This document shows, one piece after another, positions 9,733 through 20,745 of a stretch of 64,000 nt of DNA. The translations under genes were made by a program, and so were the position numbers. The DNA is taken from assembly GCA_026414725.1 (NCBI GenBank), contig JAOAIL010000006.1:390-64389 (forward strand), read 5' to 3'. Origin of the DNA: a bacterium (GTDB lineage: Bacteria > Ratteibacteria > UBA8468 > B48-G9 > JAFGKM01). Within the stretch, counting starts at the first letter, position 1, and the number at the start of each line of letters is the position of its first letter. The notes below the pieces were generated by a model. The model was not told where the DNA came from, searched no databases, and was given only the letters and a program-made list of their open reading frames with translations.

Positions 9733-10661
9733 AAGGGATAGAAATCAGGTTGGGCAAACTTAATTTAAAAACACCTGTGATTATAGCAAGCGGAATATTC
9801 AGTTATGGAGAGGTAAAACTTAACTACCTTGACTATGAAAAAATTGGAGCAATAGTAACAAAGACAATCACACTTAACCCTCGCAAAGGCAATCCTCAAC
9901 CCCGTATCTGGGAGACATCTTCAGGAATGATAAACTGCATCGGGCTTCAAAATCCGGGTATAAAGGAATTTCTGGAGAAAGGACTATACAAGATAGATGG
10001 TGTTAAGACAATTGTAAGTATATCTGGAGAAAGTCCTGAAGAGATAAAAAGAATGTTAGAACTGCTTGTAAAAAAAGGAGTAGAAACAATAGAGTTAAAT
10101 CTTTCCTGTCCAAATGTAAATAGAAATAATCGTATGGTTGCTCAATCTCCAGAGGATACATACAATTTTATTAGAAATGCAAAAGAGATATTTAAAAGAG
10201 AAACTGTTATAGCAAAATTATCTCCAAATATAACAGATATAACCGAAATAGCATTATCTGCAGAAGAGGCAGGGGCAGATGCAATAAGTTTAATAAATAC
10301 CTTAAAAGCAGTTGCTGTAGATATAGAAAATATGAGGATTATTGAAGGCGGGCTTTCAGGTTCCTGTGTAAAACCTGTAGGACTGAAGGCGGTATATGAT
10401 GTATATAAAAAAGTGAAAATTCCAGTAATAGGTATGGGAGGAATAACAACAGGCAAAGACGCTCTGGAATATATCCTTGCAGGAGCAAGTGCTGTGGGGA
10501 TTGGGAGTGGACTTTTTTCTAACCCTTATATTGTAGACCAGATATATGAGACATTTACAGAATTTTTGAAAACACATAGATTAAAAAACATATCTGAAGC
10601 AACAGGGCTTCTAAATGAAAAAAAGAAATCGGGAGAAAGAACAAAAGGAGAAAAGGGTTAG
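9723..10661 (+). CDS. pyrD: Dihydroorotate dehydrogenase 1B catalytic subunit
   Basis: KTPVIIASGIF, NLSCPNV, and GGI..G motifs. Overlaps pyrK. Confidence 0.9.
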   Translation: MGIKGIEIRLGKLNLKTPVIIASGIFSYGEVKLNYLDYEKIGAIVTKTITLNPRKGNPQPRIWETSSGMINCIGLQNPGIKEFLEKGLYKIDGVKTIVSISGESPEEIKRMLELLVKKGVETIELNLSCPNVNRNNRMVAQSPEDTYNFIRNAKEIFKRETVIAKLSPNITDITEIALSAEEAGADAISLINTLKAVAVDIENMRIIEGGLSGSCVKPVGLKAVYDVYKKVKIPVIGMGGITTGKDALEYILAGASAVGIGSGLFSNPYIVDQIYETFTEFLKTHRLKNISEATGLLNEKKKSGERTKGEKG

Positions 10662-12432
10662 TCCTTATAATGGTTTTATTATTATAAGTATCTGTATCTT
10701 TGTTTTTTTTAGATTTTTTGTTGATGGGTTAAGTTATCCTGTATATAATTTTATCTGGAATATCTATTTTTTCTTGCTTACCATAACCCATATTCTGATT
10801 AAAAATTTTAAAATAGAACTTGATAAAACATCTATATTACTTCTCCTTTATTTCACCATATCATCCATATCAACAGGTATTTCACCTATAAAAGGGACAG
10901 GAGTTGGTTTTAATGCACAGATACTTGCTTACTGGTGTATATTCTTTTTGGTAAAAGAGGTATTCAAAACAGTTGATGAGAAAAAAATTTTGCTTTTCAC
11001 TATTATTATCAGCGGGTTTCTCATTTGTATCTACGGAATAGACCAGTATTTTTTTGGTCTTAAACAGACAAAGGAATTTATATATTCCAGACCTGAACTT
11101 CTAAAAACGTTACCACCTACATTCCTTGAAAGAATCCAGAGTAACAGGGTTTTTGCAACATTTATATATCCCAATATATTTGCATCATTCCTGCTGTTTC
11201 TTATACCTCTTTCATTTTTTTTATCCATATCCAGAGAGAGAATTATTTTAAGGGTAATAGCAATGGCAACACTTATACTTTCTCTCTGGAATATATTTCT
11301 TACGGGTTCCAGTGGTGGTATATATATACTTCTTTTTGTTTTACAGATAATAACAATTTTTCTGATATTTGATACACGAAGATTAAGAATTATTCTGCCT
11401 GCCTTAATCATCTTTGAAATGTTGTTTATGTATGGTGGATATACAGCAGGGAAACTCCCCAAAATGAGTTCTTTTGTTGATAGAGTAAACTACTGGAAAG
11501 CAGCCACTACAGTATTTAAAGAACATCCTTTAGTTGGAGTAGGACCAGAAAATTATAAATATTACTATTTAAAATATAAAACACCCGGTGCGATGGAAGC
11601 AAAACATCCTCATTCTATATTTTTTGCATCACTCGCTGAAACAGGTATTGTAGGCACATTTTTCTTATTTGCTTTTTTTATAACTATAGGGATAAACCTT
11701 TTTACAAATGCAAAAGTGTCAATGTTAGAAGCAGGAGTGTCTTTCTCTTTTCTTTCTTTCCTTCTCCATAATTTCATTGATTTTAATTTTATCAATCCCG
11801 CTGTTGCTGTTCTATTTTTTATAGGTGGTGGGCTTGCTTCAACTAACCCAAAAGAAAATAAATTTAATAGATATCGCTCCTTGACAGATGGGGTTAATTT
11901 TCTTATTATATTACTGCTAATTTTTACTACTATAGAATATACAAGATTTTCTCTTTCGCAGAGAGAAATGGCTCTTTCAGAAGAGGAAAGTGATATAAAT
12001 ACTAAACTTTACTACATTGAAAAAGCAGGAAAGTTGTATGGGAATAATTTTGAAATATATGAGAAGAAAGGAGATATTTTCTATACCATTTTTACTTTTA
12101 AGAAAGAACTAATCTATAAACAGCAGGCAGAAATTTTATATTTACAGGCAATCAATTTAAATCCATTATTAATAAGTTGTTATAGAAAACTTGCATTTCT
12201 ATATGAAGCCACAGGAGATTATAAAGATGCGGAAAGAATGTATCTAAAAGTTCTAAAATTATATCCTGATAAGAAACAGTACAATATAGAAATGGCTTTG
12301 TTTTATAAAAAGACAGGGGATGAAGACAGGTTTCGTTACTATTACGAAAAAAGCAAGGGACTCAATGCAGTTTCAGTAGAGGAAGGTATGGTTATAGAAG
12401 GATATGAAAAATGGATAGAATCGCTGAAATAG
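10615..12432 (+). CDS. O-antigen ligase (Wzy_C) family membrane protein with a C-terminal TPR region
   Basis: Polytopic membrane segment with FFASLAETGIVG, followed by TPR-like repeats. Confidence 0.7.
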   Translation: MKKRNREKEQKEKRVSPYNGFIIISICIFVFFRFFVDGLSYPVYNFIWNIYFFLLTITHILIKNFKIELDKTSILLLLYFTISSISTGISPIKGTGVGFNAQILAYWCIFFLVKEVFKTVDEKKILLFTIIISGFLICIYGIDQYFFGLKQTKEFIYSRPELLKTLPPTFLERIQSNRVFATFIYPNIFASFLLFLIPLSFFLSISRERIILRVIAMATLILSLWNIFLTGSSGGIYILLFVLQIITIFLIFDTRRLRIILPALIIFEMLFMYGGYTAGKLPKMSSFVDRVNYWKAATTVFKEHPLVGVGPENYKYYYLKYKTPGAMEAKHPHSIFFASLAETGIVGTFFLFAFFITIGINLFTNAKVSMLEAGVSFSFLSFLLHNFIDFNFINPAVAVLFFIGGGLASTNPKENKFNRYRSLTDGVNFLIILLLIFTTIEYTRFSLSQREMALSEEESDINTKLYYIEKAGKLYGNNFEIYEKKGDIFYTIFTFKKELIYKQQAEILYLQAINLNPLLISCYRKLAFLYEATGDYKDAERMYLKVLKLYPDKKQYNIEMALFYKKTGDEDRFRYYYEKSKGLNAVSVEEGMVIEGYEKWIESLK

Positions 12433-13079
12433 AGACCAGAAAAGGCGAAAAATCCCAGTTTTTCAGGGTCGGACAGGACTTGATAGATGTAAAGAAAGGT
12501 GACCTTTGTATTATAGAATTAACACAGGGAACTATTGATTACGGGAAGGTCTATGGATTTATTGAAGGGAAAACACTGCTTAAACCGACTATCTCTGGTA
12601 AGGTATTGAGAAAAGTAACAGATAAAGATATTGAAGTTATAAAGGAAAACAGAGGAAAGGTATTAGAATGTATTGCTATATGTAAAGAAAAGATAAAAAC
12701 ATATAATCTTCCAATGAAACTGATTGATGCAGAGTACTCCTTTGATAGGACAAAAATAACTTTTTATTACTGGTCTGAAAGTAGAATTGATTTTAGAAAC
12801 CTTGTGAGAGAACTGGCAAAGATATTCAACTGCAGGATAGAAATGCGACAGATAGGGTTGAGAGACGAAGCGAAAATTAAAGGGGGGTATGGAATATGTG
12901 GCTGTCCACTATGCTGCGCACAGTTTTTAAGAAGGTTTGATTCAATAACAATGAGAATGGTTAAAAATCAGAATTTACCACTTGATATTAATAAGATTAC
13001 AGGACAGTGTGGACGATTGTTATGCTGCCTTGGTTATGAAGATGAACTTTATAAAAAAGAACTTTTGAAAAAACAATGA
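12411..13079 (+). CDS. ricT: PSP1 C-terminal domain protein (RicT/YaaT-like)
   Basis: Conserved CGRLLCCLGYE and CGCPLCC cysteine motifs. Confidence 0.8.
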   Translation: MDRIAEIETRKGEKSQFFRVGQDLIDVKKGDLCIIELTQGTIDYGKVYGFIEGKTLLKPTISGKVLRKVTDKDIEVIKENRGKVLECIAICKEKIKTYNLPMKLIDAEYSFDRTKITFYYWSESRIDFRNLVRELAKIFNCRIEMRQIGLRDEAKIKGGYGICGCPLCCAQFLRRFDSITMRMVKNQNLPLDINKITGQCGRLLCCLGYEDELYKKELLKKQ

Positions 13080-14563
13080 AGATTTATATAACTACTCCTA
13101 TATATTATATAAATGCAGAGCCCCATATAGGACATACCTATACAACTATTGCTGCTGATACCCTCGCAAGGTTCTATAGAATGTCTGACTATGACGTTTT
13201 CTTTCTCACAGGAACAGATGAACATGGACAGAAAATATATGAAGCAGCCCAAAAACAGAATATAACCATAAATGAGTTTGTTGATAGAAATTCTACCATA
13301 TATAAAAATCTCTGGGATACATTAAATATCTCCTATACAAGATTCATAAGAACAACTGAACCAATGCATGTGGAAACTGTAAAAAAGATATTTGTCAAAC
13401 TATTAGAAAAAGGAGACCTGTATAAAGGAGAATATACTGGATACTACTGTACTCCCTGTGAAAGTTATGCAATACCGGAAGATGAGAGTAATCCACTCTG
13501 TCCTGACTGTAAAAGACAGATGAGTAAAATCTCTGAACCATCCTACTTCTTCCGTATTTCAAAGTATGCAAAGCAACTTGAAAAATTTATTGAAGAAAAC
13601 AATTTTGTTAAACCGGATTTCAGAAAAAATGAGGTGCTTAATTTTATCAGGTCAGGGTTGTATGATGTGAGTATCACAAGAAAAAATGTTGAATGGGGTA
13701 TTTCTGCTCCAACATCTGAAGGTTATACTATTTACGTATGGTTTGATGCTCTTATTAACTATTTAAGTGGGATAGGTTATATGCAAGATGATAACTCATT
13801 TTTAAAGTACTGGCCACCGGATGTACAGTTTATAGGAAAGGATATTATAAGATTTCATCATATTATATGGCCCTGTCTTTTACTTGCACTGGACCTTCCA
13901 CTTCCTAAAACTATATTTGCTCATGGCTGGTGGATATCCGGTAAAGACAAAATTTCAAAATCAAAAGGCAATATAGTTTCACCACAGAACATTATAGCAG
14001 AATACGGACTGGATGCTTTCAGATACTTCCTTTTAAGAGAAGTCCCTTTTGGACTGGATGGTGAGTATTCAGAAGATGGTTTCAAAAAAAGGTATAATAG
14101 TGACCTTGTTAATGACCTGGGAAATCTTGTAAATAGAACCCTTAACCTTATAGAAACAAAAACACAGGGTGTGATAAGTAATGTAACACCTGATACATCT
14201 CTTGTAAATCTTGCTATTACTTCATCTGAAAAATATTTTGAAAAGATGGAGAAGATTGCGTTTTCAGAAGCACTTGAGGAGATATGGAAACTTGTATCCT
14301 ATCTAAACAGATTTCTTGATGAAAAAGCCCCATGGCGGGAAGGATGCAGCAATGTAAAAGAAATTCTTTACAGTACCATCTATGGCATCCGTAATGTATC
14401 AATAATGCTTGCTCCTTTTATTCCTTTTTCTTCTTTAAGAATATGGCAGATGATAGGTTTTGATGGAGACCCTAACAGAGATGGATTTAAACTGTTAAAC
14501 CAGAAAATGTCAGAAGGTATAAGGATTAAAAAAAGGGAGATAATCTTCCCGAGGAAAAAATAA
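13076..14563 (+). CDS. metG: Methionyl-tRNA synthetase (short form)
   Basis: HIGH-class motif PHIGHTYT and KISKS. Confidence 0.92.
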   Translation: MKIYITTPIYYINAEPHIGHTYTTIAADTLARFYRMSDYDVFFLTGTDEHGQKIYEAAQKQNITINEFVDRNSTIYKNLWDTLNISYTRFIRTTEPMHVETVKKIFVKLLEKGDLYKGEYTGYYCTPCESYAIPEDESNPLCPDCKRQMSKISEPSYFFRISKYAKQLEKFIEENNFVKPDFRKNEVLNFIRSGLYDVSITRKNVEWGISAPTSEGYTIYVWFDALINYLSGIGYMQDDNSFLKYWPPDVQFIGKDIIRFHHIIWPCLLLALDLPLPKTIFAHGWWISGKDKISKSKGNIVSPQNIIAEYGLDAFRYFLLREVPFGLDGEYSEDGFKKRYNSDLVNDLGNLVNRTLNLIETKTQGVISNVTPDTSLVNLAITSSEKYFEKMEKIAFSEALEEIWKLVSYLNRFLDEKAPWREGCSNVKEILYSTIYGIRNVSIMLAPFIPFSSLRIWQMIGFDGDPNRDGFKLLNQKMSEGIRIKKREIIFPRKK

Positions 14564-15276
14564 TGAAACCACTATATAAAAGATTTGTTCTAAAACTCTC
14601 AGGAGAAGCACTGCAAGGAGAGGAGAAGTTCGGTATTAATTCAAAAGCAATTATTTCTATAGCGAAAGAGATAAAAGATGTATGGCAGTTAGGATGTGAA
14701 ATAGGGATAGTACTGGGTGGAGGGAATATATATAGAGGGAACACGAGAGATAAAGAGATTACAGACCCTGTAACAGCAGATTATATGGGAATGCTTGCCA
14801 CGGTTATTAATGGACTTGCACTGCAGAATACACTTGAAAAATTAGGACTTGAAACACGTGTTCAGAGCGCCTTTGATATGAAGCAGTTCTGTGAAATGTA
14901 TATAAGAAGGAGAGCAATAAGACATCTTGAAAAGAGAAGGATTGTTATATTTGTAGGTGGAACAGGAAACCCATATTTCACAACTGATACTGCTGCTGCC
15001 TTAAAAGCAATAGAGATTGGCGCAGAGGTAATACTTAAAGCAACAAAGGTTGATGGAATATATTCAGCAGACCCAATGACAAATCCTACGGCAAAGAGAT
15101 ACAACAATCTTTCTTATATGGAAGTACTTCAGAAACGACTTAAAATAATGGATGCTTCTGCAATCTCTCTATGTATGGACAACCATATCCCTGTGGTGGT
15201 CTTTAACCTATTCAGAAAAGGGAATCTAAAAAAGATAGTAACAGGTAAAGGAATTAAAACAATTGTAAAGGAGTAA
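14563..15276 (+). CDS. pyrH: UMP kinase
   Basis: VLKLSGEAL and GGGN motifs. Confidence 0.92.
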   Translation: MKPLYKRFVLKLSGEALQGEEKFGINSKAIISIAKEIKDVWQLGCEIGIVLGGGNIYRGNTRDKEITDPVTADYMGMLATVINGLALQNTLEKLGLETRVQSAFDMKQFCEMYIRRRAIRHLEKRRIVIFVGGTGNPYFTTDTAAALKAIEIGAEVILKATKVDGIYSADPMTNPTAKRYNNLSYMEVLQKRLKIMDASAISLCMDNHIPVVVFNLFRKGNLKKIVTGKGIKTIVKE

Positions 15277-15286
15277 GGGGGTTTAT

Positions 15287-15844
15287 ATGAAAGGGAAGAT
15301 ATTCAGTGAAGTAGAGAAAAAAATGGAAGGAGTTGTTAACTTTTTTAAAAAAGAAATCGGGACTTTGAGGGCAGGCAGGGCTTCTATTTCACTCCTTGAA
15401 GGTATTACTGTAGAGTATTATGGTTCAAAGATGCCTATAAGTCAGATTGCAACAATAACTATACCACAGCCACAGTTGATTGTAATACAACCATGGGATA
15501 AAAATATGCTTCAGGAAATAACAAAAGCAATCCAGTCCAGTAATATTGGTCTTAATCCTATTGCCGATGCAAATGTTATCCGGGTTCCTGTACCACCTAT
15601 CAGTGAGGAAAGGAGACAGGAACTGGTAAAAATTCTCCACAAAATGGGTGAAGAAGCGAAGGTTGAAATAAGAGAAATTAGAAGAAAAGGGAATGAAGAG
15701 TTAAAAAAAGCAGAAAAAGAAAAGATGATAACCGAAGACGATATGCATAAAGGAATAGAAGAAATACAGCAGACAACTGATAAATTCATAAAAGAAATAG
15801 ATAAAAAAGTAGAAGAAAAAAGTAAAGAAATACTGGAAGGTTAA
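15287..15844 (+). CDS. frr: Ribosome recycling factor
   Basis: 185 aa. Conserved Frr sequence throughout. Confidence 0.92.
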   Translation: MKGKIFSEVEKKMEGVVNFFKKEIGTLRAGRASISLLEGITVEYYGSKMPISQIATITIPQPQLIVIQPWDKNMLQEITKAIQSSNIGLNPIADANVIRVPVPPISEERRQELVKILHKMGEEAKVEIREIRRKGNEELKKAEKEKMITEDDMHKGIEEIQQTTDKFIKEIDKKVEEKSKEILEG

Positions 15845-16524
15845 TGAAAAAATTTGTAATAGCGATAGATGGACCTGCAGGAGCAGGAAAAAGTACAGTT
15901 GCTAAAATTGTTGCAAAAAAGATTGGTTTTTTATATGTAGATACAGGTGCAATGTATCGTGCACTTACCCTGAAAGCATTAAGAGATAGGATACCTCTAA
16001 CAGACGAAAAAAAACTGATAGAGATGGCACAAAATAGTAAGATAGAACTTCAGGATAATTCAGAAAGATACAGTGTATTTCTTGACGGTAAGGATGTCAG
16101 TGAAGCAATTAGAACAGAAGAAGTGAGTAAAGGCACACATTTTATTGCTTCTATACTCCCCATAAGAGAGATACTATGGAAAATGCAAAGAGAACTCAGG
16201 GAAAGGTATGATATTGTTATGGAAGGAAGAGACATAGGAAGCAAGGTGTTTCCTGATGCTCAATTAAAAATATTTCTTGATGCAAGTGTAGAGGAAAGAG
16301 CAAAAAGAAGATATCTACAACTGAAAGAGAGGGGGATTGAAGGGGACTTAACTGTTATAGAAAAAGAGATAAGAGAACGTGATGAGAAGGACCGGAAAAG
16401 AACTATATCTCCCCTTATAAAACAACCGGATGCTTTCTATATTGATACAACAAAAATGACTATCCCGCAGGTTATTGAAGAAATAGTTAATCTTTATAAA
16501 AATTTAAAATCAAATAAATCTTGA
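15844..16524 (+). CDS. cmk: Cytidylate kinase
   Basis: IAIDGPAGAGKSTVAK P-loop. Confidence 0.92.
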   Translation: MKKFVIAIDGPAGAGKSTVAKIVAKKIGFLYVDTGAMYRALTLKALRDRIPLTDEKKLIEMAQNSKIELQDNSERYSVFLDGKDVSEAIRTEEVSKGTHFIASILPIREILWKMQRELRERYDIVMEGRDIGSKVFPDAQLKIFLDASVEERAKRRYLQLKERGIEGDLTVIEKEIRERDEKDRKRTISPLIKQPDAFYIDTTKMTIPQVIEEIVNLYKNLKSNKS

Positions 16525-18228
16525 GGCAAGTTTAAGTTTTGTCTGGGTCTCTCCACCATTTATAAGATATAGAAGTGGTAAAGGTCTATCCACTCCTTCT
16601 ATAAAAGATGGCCTCGCCTGCCAGGGGGTTACAGAAAGAACATTGGTAAGGTCCATCCAGTATTCAAGTCGTGCAGGTTTAATGTCCCATACCATATGAA
16701 AGTGATTTGCCGGTGCATACTGTTTGTATTCAAGCATTGTAGCATACTTTGGAACAACAAATGTATGTGGCCATGTATAGGTAGATGTCTTACAGACAGC
16801 ATCAGCAAGTTTAGAAGGCAGTTCTACTGTTTCTGCCTCATCCCATATAAAAGAAAACATCCCTGTTATGCTACTATATGCCATCCTGCCTGCTATACCT
16901 TTAATACCAGCAGGTGAAACAAAAGTTACAGAATTTCCAAGCCCGGGGAAATATCCTTCATCAGCGAGCGGAAAAGAAATTTTTGACATAATCTCTTCTA
17001 TAGAGGAACCTGGTAATGCAGCCCAATCAAAAGAAGCACTTCCAGAATTATCTCCATCCACAAAACCCTTTTTCTCCCATATTGTATCTCCGGTCAACTT
17101 AACCCCTATTTTATCAGCAAGCTGTTTTATTTCCCATGGTTCCCAGACCTTTCTGAAATCCATAAATAGAGGTGGGTTGCCTGCGGTAAGATAGGTAAAG
17201 AATAGCATAGTAAGAAGCCCCTGAACATCTGCTTCAGTGGCATAGGGTAAAGGAGGTTTTTTCCCGTTATGGTCAAAAGTAGAATTAAAAAGGGACTCCA
17301 TAACATCAGCAACTGGAAGGGGAATACCTCTTAAGTCAGAACCCCACTCTAACTGACTCATAAAACCACCACCAACAGCATTAAGGTCTTTCATTATATC
17401 TCTCGCTATCAGATACATTGCAAGAGAATTATTAAATCTTTCATTGTCTTCTTCATTTCTAATCTCTATCCTTCCCTTACAGTGCCTATCAAACCAATTC
17501 CTTAATTCTTTCAGTTCGCTCTGATTGTATGCCTTTTTTTGTAACATATCTGCAAGAAGTTTCATATCCAGTCGGGTTATCTCTATACCAAATATCTTTC
17601 TTGTAGGTATAATATGTGCCAGTGCTGTTTCCATCCCCATAGAGTCATGACCGAATATAACAACACGTCTACCCTGTAGTGCCTTAAATGTTAATGCAGA
17701 ATAACACCAGTCAATAAGTGATTCAGCAGTATTATCAGTCATAACAGGATTCTGTCCTGTATCAGGCCATGTACCTATATTTATATGGATAAGTTTTCCA
17801 TATTGAGAAACAGCACCACTACAGGCATGGGTATATACAACACCTGGTTTAGGACCACTATTACCACAGGTAAGATTCACAGGTGTGTCTGGTGGAAACT
17901 GCTGAATGAAAGAGATAAGAGTCAGTTGAGGAAATGCCCATGTGTCAGGAACACCTACAAGTATATTAACCTTTGCATTTTTAAATTGAGAAGCAACTAT
18001 ATCCGCTTCTTTCTCACCTTCTATAAGAACATCGCTATAAACAACTTTTACAGGAGTACCATCGGGCTTCTTAATTTTGCCGGAGATAATCTCTGCTGTC
18101 ATTCTAACAATATTTGCTACTCTTTCTTTAGATGTTTTATCAATACGGGGGTCAGATGGAGCGAAAACCCCTATTACACATTCAGATGGTTCTGAAATCT
18201 GTGTTCTGTTAAGTTTTACAGGTTCCAT
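16510..18228 (-). CDS. fucI: L-fucose isomerase
   Basis: 572 aa. Blocks matching E. coli FucI, e.g. LFNSTFDHNGKKPP...FMDFRKVWEPWE and TWPHTFVVP. Confidence 0.8.
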   Translation of the reverse strand: MEPVKLNRTQISEPSECVIGVFAPSDPRIDKTSKERVANIVRMTAEIISGKIKKPDGTPVKVVYSDVLIEGEKEADIVASQFKNAKVNILVGVPDTWAFPQLTLISFIQQFPPDTPVNLTCGNSGPKPGVVYTHACSGAVSQYGKLIHINIGTWPDTGQNPVMTDNTAESLIDWCYSALTFKALQGRRVVIFGHDSMGMETALAHIIPTRKIFGIEITRLDMKLLADMLQKKAYNQSELKELRNWFDRHCKGRIEIRNEEDNERFNNSLAMYLIARDIMKDLNAVGGGFMSQLEWGSDLRGIPLPVADVMESLFNSTFDHNGKKPPLPYATEADVQGLLTMLFFTYLTAGNPPLFMDFRKVWEPWEIKQLADKIGVKLTGDTIWEKKGFVDGDNSGSASFDWAALPGSSIEEIMSKISFPLADEGYFPGLGNSVTFVSPAGIKGIAGRMAYSSITGMFSFIWDEAETVELPSKLADAVCKTSTYTWPHTFVVPKYATMLEYKQYAPANHFHMVWDIKPARLEYWMDLTNVLSVTPWQARPSFIEGVDRPLPLLYLINGGETQTKLKLASRFI

Positions 18229-18249
18229 ATACTCCTCCTGCGGTTTTCT

Positions 18250-20319
18250 TTATAATTTTTTTGTTTTAGATAACGCCTGCTTCCTGCTCAATTTCGCTCT
18301 ACCCTGTTCATCAAAACCGAGAAATTTTACAGGTATAGTATCCCCTTCTTTTATTACATCCTCAACCCTTTTTACATGGTGAGGTGCCAGTTCTGAAATA
18401 TGGACCAGTCCTTCCTTCCCGGGTAAAAATTGTACAAAAGCTCCAAAACTCATCACTTTCACTACCTTGCCTTCATAAATCCTACCCGGCTCTGGCTCTT
18501 CTGTAATTGCCCTTACCATCTCAGCAGCATCTTCACAGGCACGACTATCTGAAGAATATATCTTTACAGTTCCATCATCTTCTATATCTATCTCTGTGCC
18601 TGTATCTTCTATAATCTTCTTTATTGTCTTACCGGATGGACCAATAACAAGTCCTATCTTATCTGGATTAATCTTCATTGATATAATCCTCGGTGCATAT
18701 ACAGATAGTGACGGTCTTGGAGAAGTAATAACATCATACATCTTTTTTAGAATTATCCTCCTTGCTTCCCTTGACTGATAGAGTGCTTTTTCTATTATGT
18801 TAAGGGTTAATCCTTCTTCCTTGACATCCATCTGAAATCCCGTAATTCCTGTTTCTGTTCCTGCAATTTTTAAGTCAAGATTGCCATAGTGGTCTTCCTC
18901 TCCGGCTATATCAGTCAACAAAATATACTTATCTCCATTTTTTATTATTCCTATTGAAACCCCTGCTACATGTTTTTTAACAGGGACGCCTGCATCCATC
19001 AGGGCAAGGCTTCCCGCACAAACAGTTGCCATAGAGGATGAACCATTTGATTCAAGAATTTCTGCTACAATCCTTATAGTATATGCAAAATCCTCTTCTG
19101 AAGGGATAATAAACTCCAGTGCTCTCGCAGCAAGTACACCATGTCCTATTTCTCTTCTTGATGCCCCTCTTAAAGGAGACACCTCCCCTACTGAAAAAGG
19201 CGGGAAGTTATAATGAACCATAAATCTTCTGGTCATCTCTTCATGCAGTCCTTCTATTATCTGCTCATCCTTACTTGTCCCGAGTGTTACAGAAGCCAGA
19301 CACTGTGTCTGCCCTCTTGTAAATAAAGCAGAACCATGTGTCCTCGGTAATAAACCAATGATACATTCAACAGGTCTTATTTCATCAGGGGCTCTTCCGT
19401 CAAGTCGTTTACCTGTGGTTAATATAAGATTCCTGATGCTTTTCTCAAGGATATCCTGAAATATCTTTTTTGCTTTTGCTTTTTCCTCTTCTGTAAAAGA
19501 AGACAAAAATTCTTCTTCAAGTGAATCATAAAATGAACCTCTTGCTTTTTTATCAGGAAACTCATACGCCCTTTCTACCTTATCAGAAAGGAATATCGTT
19601 GCTTTGTTTTTTATATCATCGTCATATTTTTCTTCTTCCCATACTTCTTTCTCACCTATAAATCCCTTCTGTTGTTCTATTATCTTTTTTATCTCCTGAT
19701 GTCCTATTTTTATTGCCTCTAAAAACTGCTCTTCAGAGAATTCTTTACCATCTCCTTCAATCATTAAAATTGTATCTTCTGTTCCGGAAATAACCATATT
19801 TATCAAACTATCTTTCATCTGTATGGACGTAGGATTAATAACATACTTATTATCTATAAGACCTACCCTTACTGCACCGATGGGACCAGAAAAGGGTATC
19901 TTTGAAACAGTAATAGCGGACGATACTGCAATCACAGCAGGAACATCTGGATTGTTTTCCATATCAGCAGAAACAACACTTACAATTATCTGGACTTCTT
20001 TTCTGTATCCCTTCGGGAAAAGAGGCCTGATAGACCTATCTATTAAACGGCTTACAAGGATTTCTCTTTCTGTTGGTTTTCCCTCCCTCTTAAAAAAACC
20101 ACCAGGAATTTTTCCAATAGAAGAGATATATTCCCTGTAATCACAAACGAGAGGGAAAAAATCCACATCTTCACGAGGTTGTTTTGAACTCACCACTGTG
20201 GCGAGAATAACAGTATCACCTACACGAGCCCATATTGAACCATCACTCTGTTTGGCAACAAAACCACTTTCAAGGGACAAAATATTATCTCCGAAAGGAA
20301 TTTCTATTTTTTTACCCAT
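18250..20319 (-). CDS. pnp: Polynucleotide phosphorylase
   Basis: 689 aa. RNase PH repeats plus KH and S1 domains. Confidence 0.92.
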   Translation of the reverse strand: MGKKIEIPFGDNILSLESGFVAKQSDGSIWARVGDTVILATVVSSKQPREDVDFFPLVCDYREYISSIGKIPGGFFKREGKPTEREILVSRLIDRSIRPLFPKGYRKEVQIIVSVVSADMENNPDVPAVIAVSSAITVSKIPFSGPIGAVRVGLIDNKYVINPTSIQMKDSLINMVISGTEDTILMIEGDGKEFSEEQFLEAIKIGHQEIKKIIEQQKGFIGEKEVWEEEKYDDDIKNKATIFLSDKVERAYEFPDKKARGSFYDSLEEEFLSSFTEEEKAKAKKIFQDILEKSIRNLILTTGKRLDGRAPDEIRPVECIIGLLPRTHGSALFTRGQTQCLASVTLGTSKDEQIIEGLHEEMTRRFMVHYNFPPFSVGEVSPLRGASRREIGHGVLAARALEFIIPSEEDFAYTIRIVAEILESNGSSSMATVCAGSLALMDAGVPVKKHVAGVSIGIIKNGDKYILLTDIAGEEDHYGNLDLKIAGTETGITGFQMDVKEEGLTLNIIEKALYQSREARRIILKKMYDVITSPRPSLSVYAPRIISMKINPDKIGLVIGPSGKTIKKIIEDTGTEIDIEDDGTVKIYSSDSRACEDAAEMVRAITEEPEPGRIYEGKVVKVMSFGAFVQFLPGKEGLVHISELAPHHVKRVEDVIKEGDTIPVKFLGFDEQGRAKLSRKQALSKTKKL

Positions 20320-20326
20320 TATGTTT

Positions 20327-20593
20327 TCACTTCCTGATGTTTAATTTCTCGATAATCTCAAGATATTTGGAAGGGTTTTCCATCTGGAGATATCTAAGAA
20401 GTTTTCTTCTCTGTCCTATGAGTTTTAAAAAGCCACGTCTGGAGTTTGTATCCTTTTTAAATTTTTTGAAATGTTCATTAAGCGCTTCTATCCTTTTGGT
20501 AAGCAACGCTATCTGCACTTCCGGGGAACCTGTATCAGAAGGATGTCTTCCAAACTCCTTCGCTATCTCTTTTTTTACTTCCGTCTCCAACAT
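20327..20593 (-). CDS. rpsO: 30S ribosomal protein S15
   Basis: 88 aa. Canonical S15 sequence. Confidence 0.92.
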   Translation of the reverse strand: MLETEVKKEIAKEFGRHPSDTGSPEVQIALLTKRIEALNEHFKKFKKDTNSRRGFLKLIGQRRKLLRYLQMENPSKYLEIIEKLNIRK

Positions 20594-20745
20594 TTTTGCT
20601 CATCTCCTTTCTATTGTTTAGGATTTTCAATGATTATATATCTTCAAAGATATTTTGTCAATAAATCTCTCTTGTGATAAGATATAAAGCAATTATATAG
20701 GTTGTATAGCGTTAAATTAAAGATAGCATAATCTTTTGTTGACCT

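Noticed and set aside
20594-20745. Looked for a T-box leader upstream of hisS-aspS.
   Set aside because: The divergent spacer is only about 150 bp and has no T-box (AATTAGGGTGGNACCGCG) sequence.
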